64,000 nt of DNA from Candidatus Omnitrophota bacterium. GTDB lineage: Bacteria > Omnitrophota > Gorgyraeia > Tantalellales > Tantalellaceae. The notes under the pieces were generated by a model. It ran no database searches. It saw nothing but the letters and a program-made list of their open reading frames with translations, and was not told the origin of the DNA. Location of the stretch: the NCBI GenBank assembly GCA_007135805.1, contig SLID01000099.1:1882-65881 (forward strand), read 5' to 3'. This document shows, one piece after another, positions 49,140 to 58,845 of this stretch (the stretch's first letter is position 1; the number at the start of each line of letters is the position of its first letter). Both the position numbers and the translations under genes were made by a program.

Positions 49140-49424
49140 ATGACCAAGAAAGACATAATACTGAAAATATCCGAGGAGACGGGTTTCAAACAGGTGGACG
49201 TGAAAGAGGTCGTACAAAGGACCTTCGACACCATAGTCGACAGCCTGAGTGCCGGAGATAAGGTGGAGCTCAGAAATTTCGGTATTTTCAAAGTGAAGAC
49301 CAGGAAGGGCAGAATGGGGCGAAACCCCAGGACCGGCGACGGGGTCTCTATCCCCGACAAGAAGGTAGTATCTTTCAAAGCCGGCATGAAAATGAAAGTA
49401 GATGTTGAAGCTCCAAAAGCTTGA
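49140..49424 (+). CDS. hup: HU/IHF-family DNA-binding protein
   Basis: 94 aa. LRNFGIFKVKTRKGRMGRNPRTGDGVSIPDKKVVSFKAG matches the HU arm region. Confidence 0.9.
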   Translation: MTKKDIILKISEETGFKQVDVKEVVQRTFDTIVDSLSAGDKVELRNFGIFKVKTRKGRMGRNPRTGDGVSIPDKKVVSFKAGMKMKVDVEAPKA

Positions 49425-49460
49425 CATTTTCCGGTACTTTTATAAGGGAGAGGAAGTGAA

Positions 49461-50720
49461 GTGGGAGAGCTGAAGTACAGGTCCCTGAGGGGAATGCCCG
49501 ATATTATGCCGGAACGCGCCGGCAGAATGCGTTTAGTTGAAGATACCGCTAGAAAGATCTTCAAGCTCTACGGATATCGTGAGATCAGCACACCTATACT
49601 CGAAGCCACCGAGGTTTTTACCACCGGTATCGGTGAGGATACCGACATAGTCGAAAAAGAGATGTATACTTTCAGCGACAGGGGAGGTAAAAGCGTATCT
49701 CTGAGACCCGAAGGGACCGCGCCTATGATAAGGGCTTTCATTGAAAACGGTTTCGGGAACACGCCTGACATTTTCAGGTTTTTTTATTCCGGTCCGATGT
49801 TCAGGGGAGAGCGGCCTCAAAAGGGCAGGCTCAGGCAGTTCCACCAGATAGGGGCGGAGATAATCGGCTCCTATGATCCCTACGCTGACGCGGAACTGAT
49901 ACTTACCCTGGAGAAGATATTACGCCGTTTAAAGGTTGAAGGACATCAGATCCTTATTAACTCTCTGGGGTGCGCGTCGGATAGAAAAGAGTATGCCAAA
50001 ATATTGGCCGGCCATTTCAACCGGCATATAGGGAAACTCTGCGAGGATTGTGTGAGGAGAGCTTCCGGTAATGTGCTTCGGGTGCTTGACTGTAAAGCGG
50101 CGGGTTGCAAAGAGGTTTCCCGGGAGGCGCCGGAGATAACGGGATATCTCTGCGGCGATTGCGAGAGCTCATACAGGGATATCAGGGATATATTGGCCCG
50201 GGAGGGTGTGCCTTTCGTAGAGAGAACGAGCCTGGTAAGAGGATTGGACTACTATACGGGAGTCATATTTGAGGTGATCCATCCGGCCCTCGGCGCTCAG
50301 GATGCGCTCGCGGCCGGGGGACGTTACGACGGTCTTTGTTCCAGGATGGGCGGGCCCAGTGTGGGAGCGACCGGCTACGCTGTGGGAGTTGAACGTCTCA
50401 TAATGGCTGTCCCGGAAGAACAATGTGAGACAGGTTCTCCGGGTATCTTCATTATTCCCTTGGAGGAAAGTTTCAAACCGGCGGCTTTCAGGCTTGTGGA
50501 AAAATTCAGGGAGATGGCCGTATCATGCGACATGGACCTTACCGGACGTTCTGTCAGGGCCCAGATGCGGAAAGCGGGTAAAGAGGAGAGGGACATTGTT
50601 ATTTTTGTCGACGAGGCCCTGGAAACAGACGGCAGGGTCTCAGTGAAAAGTATGGTTTCAGGCGAACAGTATGATACCGGGGTCGATGATCTTGTGGAAA
50701 AAATCAGGAAGGACCAGTAA
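49461..50720 (+). CDS. hisS: Histidine--tRNA ligase
   Basis: GTG start. RGMPDIMPE near the N-terminus (HisRS motif). Class II motifs present. Confidence 0.9.
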   Translation: MGELKYRSLRGMPDIMPERAGRMRLVEDTARKIFKLYGYREISTPILEATEVFTTGIGEDTDIVEKEMYTFSDRGGKSVSLRPEGTAPMIRAFIENGFGNTPDIFRFFYSGPMFRGERPQKGRLRQFHQIGAEIIGSYDPYADAELILTLEKILRRLKVEGHQILINSLGCASDRKEYAKILAGHFNRHIGKLCEDCVRRASGNVLRVLDCKAAGCKEVSREAPEITGYLCGDCESSYRDIRDILAREGVPFVERTSLVRGLDYYTGVIFEVIHPALGAQDALAAGGRYDGLCSRMGGPSVGATGYAVGVERLIMAVPEEQCETGSPGIFIIPLEESFKPAAFRLVEKFREMAVSCDMDLTGRSVRAQMRKAGKEERDIVIFVDEALETDGRVSVKSMVSGEQYDTGVDDLVEKIRKDQ

Positions 50721-50724
50721 AAGT

Positions 50725-52503
50725 ATGATAAGGACGCATAATTGCGGAGAATTAGGCGATAAAGATCAGGGGCAAGAAGTTGTGCTTGCCGGGTGGGTAG
50801 CTTCCCGAAGGGATCACGGTGACATAATTTTCATGGATCTAAGGGATGAGCACGGTGTGACGCAGATAGTCTTTGATCCCAACAGGAACAGCGCCGCGCA
50901 CGCTACCGCGCATGAGTTGAGAAATGAGTACTGTGTCAAGGTCACTGGTAAAGTTTCACCTCGTCCCGAGGGTACGGTGAATACTGGTATCAGTACGGGG
51001 TTGATCGAGGTGGATGTGGAAAAAGTCGAGATATTGTCAGCTTCGGGAACCCTTCCTTTCGAGATCAAGGACATATCAACGGTTTCGGAAGATATACGTT
51101 TAAAGTACAGGTACCTTGATCTCAGGCGGGCTCCCATGAGAAACAAGTTAAAGATACGCCACAATGTGTCCCGGTGCGTGTATGAATTTCTGGACAGCGA
51201 AGGTTTTATCTCTGTTGAAACCCCCATGCTGACGCGGTCTACTCCGGAGGGGGCGAGAGATTACGTCGTTCCCTCACGTCTGCAGCAGGCAAGTTTTTAT
51301 GCGCTTCCTCAGTCTCCCCAGATATTCAAACAGCTTCTTATGGTAGCGGGTGTGGAAAAATATTTCCAGATCGCCCGTTGTTTCCGGGATGAGGATCTCA
51401 GGGCCGACAGGCAGCCCGAGTTTACCCAGATAGATATGGAGATGTCTTTTGTGGAACAGGACGATGTGCTTGATGTGTGCGAGCGCATGTTCAAAAAGAT
51501 CTTCACGGATGTGGCAGGCAAGGATATCGAGTTGCCTTTCAGGCGTATGGGTTATAGCGAGGCTATGGACATTTACGGTACAGACAAGCCGGACACAAGG
51601 TTCAATGTGCTGATAAGTGATATAACTGATGACGTGAAAGCCTGCGATTTCAAGGTTTTCAGGTCGGTCGTGGACTCCGGTGGAAGCATAAAGGCCCTGG
51701 CCGCCCCCGGCTACGGGTCAATAAGCCGTAAAGAGATTGACGGCCTGATCTCTTTTGTCTCGGAATACGGCGCGAAAGGACTGGCTTATTTCAAGGTTGA
51801 GGAGGGCGGTCTTTCTTCCCAGATATCCAAGTTTTTCAGTGAACAGGAACTGCGGGCCGTAAAGGAGCGGACCGGCGCTTCGCCTGGCGATATGATATTT
51901 ATCGTAGCCGACCGGAAAGAGGTGGTCTGCGCTTCTTTGGCGGCTCTCCGGCTCAAGATAGGAAGGGACGCCGGACTTATCGACAGTTCGAGGCATGACT
52001 TCCTATGGATAGTGGATTTCCCGCTTTTCCAGTTCAGTGAGGACGAGAAAAAATGGGTCTCGGAACATCATCCTTTTACCTCGCCCGCTCCGGAAGACCT
52101 GTGTTTTCTTGACAGCGGTGATCTCGGGAAGATAAGGTCAATGTCATATGACCTGGTCCTTAACGGCAGCGAAATAGGTTCAGGGAGTATAAGGATACAC
52201 AACAGGGATATCCAGGAAAAGGTTTTTTCAGCGCTTGGCCTGAGCGAGCAAGAGCGGCGCGAGAAATTCGGGTTTCTGCTCGACGCTTTCGGATATGGGG
52301 CGCCCCCGCACGGAGGCGTAGCTTTTGGTATGGACCGGCTCATAACGCTTTTTACGGGGGACGGTTCTATACGCGAGGTCATCCCGTTTCCCAAGACCCA
52401 GAAAGGTGTTTGTCCCCTCACAGGGGCCCCCTCAGGGGTCTCTGATACCCAGTTGAGGGATCTTGGCATAAAGATGCGCAGGGTGAAAAGCGAGGACTGT
52501 TAG
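50725..52503 (+). CDS. aspS: Aspartate--tRNA ligase
   Basis: ATG 50725 (MIRTHNCGEL) is in frame with the track ORF. FRDEDLRADRQPEFTQIDME class II motif. Confidence 0.95.
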   Translation: MIRTHNCGELGDKDQGQEVVLAGWVASRRDHGDIIFMDLRDEHGVTQIVFDPNRNSAAHATAHELRNEYCVKVTGKVSPRPEGTVNTGISTGLIEVDVEKVEILSASGTLPFEIKDISTVSEDIRLKYRYLDLRRAPMRNKLKIRHNVSRCVYEFLDSEGFISVETPMLTRSTPEGARDYVVPSRLQQASFYALPQSPQIFKQLLMVAGVEKYFQIARCFRDEDLRADRQPEFTQIDMEMSFVEQDDVLDVCERMFKKIFTDVAGKDIELPFRRMGYSEAMDIYGTDKPDTRFNVLISDITDDVKACDFKVFRSVVDSGGSIKALAAPGYGSISRKEIDGLISFVSEYGAKGLAYFKVEEGGLSSQISKFFSEQELRAVKERTGASPGDMIFIVADRKEVVCASLAALRLKIGRDAGLIDSSRHDFLWIVDFPLFQFSEDEKKWVSEHHPFTSPAPEDLCFLDSGDLGKIRSMSYDLVLNGSEIGSGSIRIHNRDIQEKVFSALGLSEQERREKFGFLLDAFGYGAPPHGGVAFGMDRLITLFTGDGSIREVIPFPKTQKGVCPLTGAPSGVSDTQLRDLGIKMRRVKSEDC

Positions 52504-52531
52504 CGGTTCCCGCAAAAACAGGAGGTTATCT

Positions 52532-52924
52532 ATGAAAAGAAACATTTTTTTCGCTTTGCTGGCAGTTGTTTTTATGGCGGCCTTTCTTGTCGAGACCGCC
52601 GCGGGAGTCGATATATATACTTTCAGAAGGGAACGCGTTGATCAGGAACTTGAGGGGAACCGGGGATATATCGTAGGCAGTCCTCCTCCCGTTGAGGAAA
52701 GGGGGCCCAGAAAACGCACGTTGATAGGCATCGACATAGAATTGCCTTTTTTCTGGCGCAGAGATCCTGGTGAGGAGGCATATGTTGAGGCCGATAAGGC
52801 GCCTCTCACTAAGGAAACCGCTTTGGTGGGCGAAACCCCTGTTACGGAGCGGGATGTCCAGGAGGAGAAAGACAGGTGGGAAGATATTGACGACGGCTGG
52901 ATAGATGACGACTGGATCAAATAA
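52532..52924 (+). CDS. Hypothetical secreted acidic protein (130 aa)
   Basis: Signal peptide MKRNIFFALLAVVFMAAFLVETAAG followed by a D/E/W-rich C-terminus (DIDDGWIDDDWIK). GGAGG RBS. No recognisable family. Confidence 0.5.
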   Translation: MKRNIFFALLAVVFMAAFLVETAAGVDIYTFRRERVDQELEGNRGYIVGSPPPVEERGPRKRTLIGIDIELPFFWRRDPGEEAYVEADKAPLTKETALVGETPVTERDVQEEKDRWEDIDDGWIDDDWIK

Positions 52925-52934
52925 CGGATCTGCA

Positions 52935-53894
52935 ATGGCTGAAGTTCTAATAAAAATAAGTGACGATTCGGAAGCCAGAAGTTTCTTCGGGAAACATGAC
53001 GAGAACCTCAGGATGGTAGAAGCTTCTACGGGAGTGAGGACTTTTTTCAGAGAAGGTACGCTCAAGATCACCGCGGATGATCCCGAGGCTCTTTCAAGAG
53101 CGGCAGGTATGGTGAGGGGTATGCTTGAGGTAGTCAGAAGAGGGGGGTGTTTTTCGCGTGAGGATATGGCCCGGGCTGTCCGCTCTTACAGCGAGGAAAA
53201 GGGATTGGAGAATGTATTTACCGACCGGATAGAGGTGAGTTCGAAAAAAGCGCATGTCAAACCGCGAAGCGCCGGGCAGAAAAGATATATAGACGCTATC
53301 AGGAAAAATGATATCGTCTTCGCGATAGGGCCGGCAGGCACCGGTAAGACTTATCTTGCCATGGCCATGGCGGTCAACGCTCTTCGTAAGGACCTGGTAT
53401 CACGCATAATCCTGACGCGCCCCGCGGTGGAAGCGGGCGAGAGTCTGGGGTTTCTTCCCGGGGACATATACGAGAAAGTAAACCCGTACCTCAGGCCTCT
53501 CTACGATGCGCTATACGATATGATGGATCCCCATACGATAAAAGAGCATATCGCCGAGGGAATTATAGAGGTCGCTCCGCTGGCTTACATGAGGGGACGT
53601 ACTCTGAACGATTCTTTTATCATAATGGACGAGGCGCAGAATTCAACGCCTGATCAGATGAAAATGTTCCTTACTCGTCTGGGATTTGATTCAAAGACGG
53701 TAATAACCGGGGATGTGACCCAGAGTGACCTTCCGAGGGGGAAGAAATCGGGGCTTTTGAACGCCAGGGATATCCTTGACAATATACCCGGGATAAAGTT
53801 CGCGTTCCTGAAAGGGGAGGATGTTGTCAGGCATGAGCTTGTGCAGAAGATCATCGAGGTATACAAAAAAGAAGGCGGGGATATCGGTGGCTAA
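52935..53894 (+). CDS. phoH: PhoH-like ATPase (PhoH/YbeZ family)
   Basis: Walker A GPAGTGKTYLA and Walker B IIMDEAQN. ATG 52935 lies after the stop of the preceding ORF. Confidence 0.9.
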   Translation: MAEVLIKISDDSEARSFFGKHDENLRMVEASTGVRTFFREGTLKITADDPEALSRAAGMVRGMLEVVRRGGCFSREDMARAVRSYSEEKGLENVFTDRIEVSSKKAHVKPRSAGQKRYIDAIRKNDIVFAIGPAGTGKTYLAMAMAVNALRKDLVSRIILTRPAVEAGESLGFLPGDIYEKVNPYLRPLYDALYDMMDPHTIKEHIAEGIIEVAPLAYMRGRTLNDSFIIMDEAQNSTPDQMKMFLTRLGFDSKTVITGDVTQSDLPRGKKSGLLNARDILDNIPGIKFAFLKGEDVVRHELVQKIIEVYKKEGGDIGG

Positions 53895-56199
53895 AGAAAA
53901 GGTTAAGGACAGATCGGTGGCTAAACCTGGCGTGTCGGGGAAAAAAGGCTGGCAGGCGCGTGTATGGGGATTTGTTTCAAGTAAAGAGTTTTTGTCGGGA
54001 GCCATTATCTTTGTCTTTTTCTCGGGAGCCCTTTTAAGCATGTTCATTAATCCCCAGTTCCATCAGGTGGGCCTGTATGAAGGTGATGTGGCCCTGAAAG
54101 ACGTTTTCGCGCCGTATGACTTCGTATACTCATGGGGGGTGGACCAGGCAAAGACCGATGACATCAAAAGGGACGCGGCCCGCGCGGTGCCGTATGTTTT
54201 CGTAAAGGACCTTTCAGCGGAAGAAAAAACATTTGCCGGACTTAAAGGGTTCTTCAGTACAGTGGAAAAGGAAAAAGCCCTTGATATTCCGATGACGGAA
54301 AAGATCAGGTCAATACGGGATATCTCGGTTGACGACCTTACGGAAAGGGACATAAGGAACCTTCTGGAGTTCCAGGAGACAGATACTCTTGCCCGGGGGG
54401 CCTTATCTGTAGCGGAGAAAGTCTTTCAAGCGGGTTATTCTTCCGCTGAAGACCTGGAGGATGCCAGGAAAGCGGGGTTTTCCCGAATCGTTATAAAGGA
54501 CGAGCGTACCGGTACCGAGACCGAACGTCCGGTGGAAAAGTTGATAACGAAGGAGGAACTGGTCAGTGTCGTTGAAAACCAGGTCGATCTGCTCTTTCCG
54601 GGAGAACGAAGGATAAGGCAGCCGATGGTCACCGTAATAGAGTCGAAGCTTGTTCCCAACATAACCGGGGATAAGGGGCGTACCACGAAAAGGATAGACG
54701 CCGCGATCGCCGCCGTAAAACCTGTTCCCAAGGAATCGGAAGTCAGAAAGAATGAGATAATAGTCGCTAAAGGGCAAAGAATTACCGCTCAGGATATGGC
54801 CCAGCTCAAGCATATCAGCGGATTTTTAAGGCAGGGTACCACTTTGGGCTCGTTTATTGGCTCGGTTATTTTCTTTTTTCTCATAGGGTTGCTGGCGTTC
54901 GCGTATCTATCCTTTTCCAGGGAAAAAAATTTTTTCAAAGACGTCAAAAATACTGCCATAGTTGTATTAAACATGTCCATAGCCCTGGTCCTCGCGGAGA
55001 TGGTACTGCGGTCACCCCAACCCAGCTACTTTATGCCGCTGGCTTTTATGGGCATGATAATAACGCTGCTTGTCGGAGTGAACGTGGGTTTTCTGAGCCT
55101 TATGCTTATGAGCGTTTTTCTTTCGGTGATTTCCGGGGGGAACGTGGAAGTGATGTTCGTTCTTTTTGCCGCCGGAACCGTCGGGATATATTCTATCCGG
55201 GATTGCCGCAGACGTTCGGATATATTGCGAGCGGGGCTTTTTGTGGGTATCGCCAAACTTGTGGCTATAGTGAGCGTGGGGCTTATGAACAATCTGGAAG
55301 CTGAGATATTCATAAGGGACGGGTTCTGGGGAATGGCCAGCGGCGCGTTTTCCGCTTTTCTGGTCATGGGCCTGCTTCCGGTGTTTGAGTATCTGTTCAA
55401 GGTTCCAACCAACATAACGCTTCTGGAATTGTCCGACCTAAACCACCCGCTTCTTAAAAAACTCTCCATAGAAGCCCCTGGTACATACCACCACAGCATA
55501 CTGGTCGGTAATCTCGCCGAAGCCGCCTGCGACGCTGTGGGGGCCAACAGCCTTCTCGCCAGGGTAGGCGCGTACTATCATGACATAGGGAAAATACCCA
55601 AAGCCGAATATTTCAGCGAGAACGAAATGGGCGCTCCTTCGCGCCATGACAAGCTTTTGCCTTCCATGAGCGCTCTCATAATATCCAATCATGTGAAAGA
55701 GGGCGTAGAGATGGCTAAGAAGCACAAACTGCAGCGCAACATCGTCGACCTCATAGGGCAGCACCATGGTAACAGTCTCATAGCTTACTTTTACAAAAAG
55801 GCCCTGGAAAAGTCCAGTGACAAATCACAGCTGAAGGAGGCAAATTTCAGGTATCCCGGTCCCCGGCCCCAGACCCGGGAAAGCGCTATCATATTGTTGG
55901 CGGATTCAGTGGAAGCGTCCTGCCGGGCTCTTGAGGAACCCACGTCCGCGGGTATAAGGATGCTGGTAAAAAAGATAATAAACAACAAGTTCATAGACGG
56001 ACAGCTTGATGAATGCGACCTTACCCTGAAGGGAATAGAAAAGATAGCGTCCAGTTTTGAGAGAGTACTCATAGGCATATACCACACGCGTCTCAACTAT
56101 CCGTCTTCCCCGACAGAGAAGGAGACCGCTAACGGGAAACGCTCTGATGCGAATAAGCGTGGAAGATCAAAATCCGACAAGGAAAACAGACCTCAATGA
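53887..56199 (+). CDS. pgpH: 7TM receptor with intracellular HD hydrolase domain (YqfF/PgpH-like)
   Basis: GTG 53887 overlaps the phoH stop by 8 nt. N-terminal extracellular region, 7 TM helices, and a C-terminal HD domain (HHSILVGNLAE...YHDIGK). Conserved phoH-pgpH-ybeY-dgkA order. Confidence 0.8.
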   Translation: MAKEKVKDRSVAKPGVSGKKGWQARVWGFVSSKEFLSGAIIFVFFSGALLSMFINPQFHQVGLYEGDVALKDVFAPYDFVYSWGVDQAKTDDIKRDAARAVPYVFVKDLSAEEKTFAGLKGFFSTVEKEKALDIPMTEKIRSIRDISVDDLTERDIRNLLEFQETDTLARGALSVAEKVFQAGYSSAEDLEDARKAGFSRIVIKDERTGTETERPVEKLITKEELVSVVENQVDLLFPGERRIRQPMVTVIESKLVPNITGDKGRTTKRIDAAIAAVKPVPKESEVRKNEIIVAKGQRITAQDMAQLKHISGFLRQGTTLGSFIGSVIFFFLIGLLAFAYLSFSREKNFFKDVKNTAIVVLNMSIALVLAEMVLRSPQPSYFMPLAFMGMIITLLVGVNVGFLSLMLMSVFLSVISGGNVEVMFVLFAAGTVGIYSIRDCRRRSDILRAGLFVGIAKLVAIVSVGLMNNLEAEIFIRDGFWGMASGAFSAFLVMGLLPVFEYLFKVPTNITLLELSDLNHPLLKKLSIEAPGTYHHSILVGNLAEAACDAVGANSLLARVGAYYHDIGKIPKAEYFSENEMGAPSRHDKLLPSMSALIISNHVKEGVEMAKKHKLQRNIVDLIGQHHGNSLIAYFYKKALEKSSDKSQLKEANFRYPGPRPQTRESAIILLADSVEASCRALEEPTSAGIRMLVKKIINNKFIDGQLDECDLTLKGIEKIASSFERVLIGIYHTRLNYPSSPTEKETANGKRSDANKRGRSKSDKENRPQ

Positions 56200-56611
56200 G
56201 ATAAAGCGTGTGGCCGATAAAGCTGTGAGGAGCGTATTCGGTAAAGCGTCTTTTGAGCTGAATATAGTCCTCGTGACAGACGCCAGGATAAAGGCCATGA
56301 ATAGAAAATATCTCAACGAGAACAGGGTAACGGATGTTCTGGCTTTCCCGGGACCGGGCTCAGATGGCAGAAGCGGCATGTTCGGCAGCGATCGGGCGAA
56401 ATTTCTTGGAGATATAGCTATTTCGTCGGATCGCGCCGCCCGTAACGCGGTGCTTTACGGTGTTCCTTTCAACGAGGAGGTGGCCCGGTATGTAGTTCAC
56501 GGAGTGCTGCACCTGGCGGGCTATGATGACGCTTCACGGTCCGGAAAAGAAAAAATGACCGAGAAAGAGGATGATATACTTGAAGAGGCCTTCAAGAAAA
56601 AACAAAAATGA
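56147..56611 (+). CDS. ybeY: Endoribonuclease YbeY (rRNA maturation)
   Basis: 154 aa. HGVLHLAGYDD zinc-binding motif. The start may lie downstream of 56147; the ORF overlaps the pgpH 3' end. Confidence 0.85.
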   Translation: MRISVEDQNPTRKTDLNEIKRVADKAVRSVFGKASFELNIVLVTDARIKAMNRKYLNENRVTDVLAFPGPGSDGRSGMFGSDRAKFLGDIAISSDRAARNAVLYGVPFNEEVARYVVHGVLHLAGYDDASRSGKEKMTEKEDDILEEAFKKKQK

Positions 56612-56675
56612 TTTTTTAGCGAGTTTCAGTTTCGCCCTGGACTGAATTGTCCATACCCTCAGGTCGGAAAGGAAC

Positions 56676-57299
56676 ATGCGTATACATTTTCTGCTGGGTT
56701 TTCTGGTCCTGGTGGGCGGCATATACCTGAGTCTGTCTCCCCTCGAATTCATGTTGCTCAGCGTGACAGTCTGCTTTGTTCTCATAACTGAAATGTTCAA
56801 TACCGCGATCGAGCACGTGGTTGACCTGGTTGAGACAACCCATAACCCTCTGGCCAAGATAATAAAGGATGTGGCGGCAGGGGCTGTGTTCGTCGCCGCG
56901 GTGAACGCGGCGATAGTCGGCTATTTGATAGCCGTCAGGCAGGTGGACTGGTCTTCGGGGCCGGTCATGGCGGACCGTCTCAGGAATTCGCCGTGGCATA
57001 TCACACTCATAGCTCTTATCGTGGTGGTGGGTCTCGTCTTTGCCATAAAGGTCATCCGCCACGAGAAGACGCTTTTGAGCGGAGGCATGCCGAGCGGACA
57101 TGCCGCGGTATCCTGTTCCATTTGGGTGGCAGTATCTTTTGTTACGGGTAACTCTCTTGTGTCTATTATGGTGTTTTTCATGGCGCTTCTTGTCACGAGA
57201 AGCCGTGTGACCATGGGTGTTCACAACGTATGGGAAGTGGTAGCGGGCGCTCTTTTAGGAGCCCTGGTCACATTGCTTGTTTTTCAGTGGGTGGGATGA
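56676..57299 (+). CDS. dgkA: Fusion protein: DgkA-type (undecaprenol/diacylglycerol kinase) domain plus PAP2 phosphatase domain
   Basis: The N-terminal 85 aa MRIHFLL...MFNTAIEHVVDLV...AKIIKDVAAGAVFVAAVNAAIVG match DgkA. The C-terminal half has PAP2 motifs PSGH and SR(x5)H(x3) (SRVTMGVHNVWEV). An in-frame stop lies immediately upstream of the ATG. Confidence 0.7.
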   Translation: MRIHFLLGFLVLVGGIYLSLSPLEFMLLSVTVCFVLITEMFNTAIEHVVDLVETTHNPLAKIIKDVAAGAVFVAAVNAAIVGYLIAVRQVDWSSGPVMADRLRNSPWHITLIALIVVVGLVFAIKVIRHEKTLLSGGMPSGHAAVSCSIWVAVSFVTGNSLVSIMVFFMALLVTRSRVTMGVHNVWEVVAGALLGALVTLLVFQWVG

Positions 57300-57375
57300 C
57301 GGGTTGACGCCGTGCCTCATCAAGTCCCCCAAAAAACCGGAAAACGTCACGGATGTGTCATTTACGGAGGAAAAG

Positions 57376-58008
57376 ATGAAAAAAGCGTTCAACAAGCTTG
57401 TCGTGTACTTCTTCAACGGGATAGTTATTATTCTGCCGGTAGCTGTGACAGTGGCTCTTTTGCGTTTCCTGGTATCAAGTCTCAATAACCTGGTACTGGA
57501 GCCGCTTATGCGTTTCGCGGCGCCCCTTGCCGAAGGATTGAGAGTTTACACGGTTAAAACCGTTATTTTTATCGCTGTAATACTGGTAGTGGCTTCGATA
57601 GGCTGGGGCGCCCGGATAATATTCATAAACAGGATATTTACCCTGGCCGAGCGGTTGCTGCTCAGGGTGCCTTTCATGGGAAGGATATATAACGCGTCAA
57701 AACAGATTTTTTCCTCACTTTTCGGGCAGGGTAAAACGGTTTTCAAACAGGTCGTACTTGTGGAGTATCCGCGAAAAGGGCTTTTTTCCGTGGGTTTTAC
57801 AACGGGTGTGACAAAGGGTGAGTTGCATGCTCTCATCGGCGGAGCCATAAATGTTTTTGTGCCGACAACGCCGAACCCTACCAGCGGCATTTTCATAGTT
57901 GTCCCCAGGGAAGATGTTCGGTTCCTGAAGATGACCGTTGAGGACGGGATGAAACTTATAATATCGGGCGGGTCGGTGTCGCCTGAATATCAACTTGCCG
58001 GGGAATGA
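57376..58008 (+). CDS. DUF502 family membrane protein
   Basis: ATG 57376 with GGAGG RBS. RIYNASKQIFSSL and VVLVEYPRKGLFSVGFTT are DUF502 hallmarks. Confidence 0.75.
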   Translation: MKKAFNKLVVYFFNGIVIILPVAVTVALLRFLVSSLNNLVLEPLMRFAAPLAEGLRVYTVKTVIFIAVILVVASIGWGARIIFINRIFTLAERLLLRVPFMGRIYNASKQIFSSLFGQGKTVFKQVVLVEYPRKGLFSVGFTTGVTKGELHALIGGAINVFVPTTPNPTSGIFIVVPREDVRFLKMTVEDGMKLIISGGSVSPEYQLAGE

Positions 58009-58012
58009 CCTG

Positions 58013-58774
58013 ATGGGTGTTTTAGAGGCGGAAGGTATCGTTCTCAGGAAATATTATTTAAGGGAAACAAGCTATATTCTTGTCCTATATACCAGGGAGT
58101 TCGGAAAGGTGAGGGGAGTTCTGAAAGGGGTCAGAAAACCTTTTCCGCAGTTCGCCGCTAATTTTGAGATGTTGTCGCTTTGCCGGGTGCTTTTTTATAA
58201 AAAGAAAAAAAGCGTCCTCGACCTAATAACGCATTGCGAGGCAAAAGACTACCACCGAGCTCTGCGTTCAAGCCTTGAAAAGCTTGTTTATGCAAGTTAC
58301 TTCGTGGAACTTGTTGACTCGGTTACACAGGACCACGACCCTAATCCCCTTATTTTCGATATATTGAGGGGAAGCTTGGACATGCTGGGACGCGCCGGCG
58401 GAGCGAAAAGGGTGCGCAGGGTATTCGAGATAAAGTTCCTGGGCGCTCTCGGGTTCAGTCCTCAGGTGGACAGATGTGTGAAGTGTTCCTCTGATGTGGA
58501 AGGAAAGTCCTTTTTTAGCGCCGCCTCAGGTGGTATAATGTGCGGGGGTTGTCGCGATGATAAGAACGGAGGTATGCCGGTCTCATTGGGGACGGCGAAA
58601 TTCATCAGCAAGATCCAACGCAGTGAGATGGACAGAGCGGAACATATAAAGTTGAGCCGTGAAGTCGGCCTCGAGATAGAAAAAATGCTCGACAGTTTCA
58701 TAAGGTACCACATAGGACGTCCGGTGAGATCTTTAAAATTGCTCGGGGATCTTTCGCGTTCAGGGATGGCATAG
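58013..58774 (+). CDS. recO: DNA repair protein RecO
   Basis: Start EAEGIVLRKYYLRETSYILVLYTREFGKVRGVLKG is RecO-like. C-terminal zinc-finger cysteines (CVKCS...CGGCRDD). Confidence 0.85.
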   Translation: MGVLEAEGIVLRKYYLRETSYILVLYTREFGKVRGVLKGVRKPFPQFAANFEMLSLCRVLFYKKKKSVLDLITHCEAKDYHRALRSSLEKLVYASYFVELVDSVTQDHDPNPLIFDILRGSLDMLGRAGGAKRVRRVFEIKFLGALGFSPQVDRCVKCSSDVEGKSFFSAASGGIMCGGCRDDKNGGMPVSLGTAKFISKIQRSEMDRAEHIKLSREVGLEIEKMLDSFIRYHIGRPVRSLKLLGDLSRSGMA

Positions 58775-58845
58775 ATCTTTTTCAGACGCTGTTGCTTTGT
58801 GTTATGGCGGGATAACGGAAACTTTTGAATGGAAAGGCAAGATCA

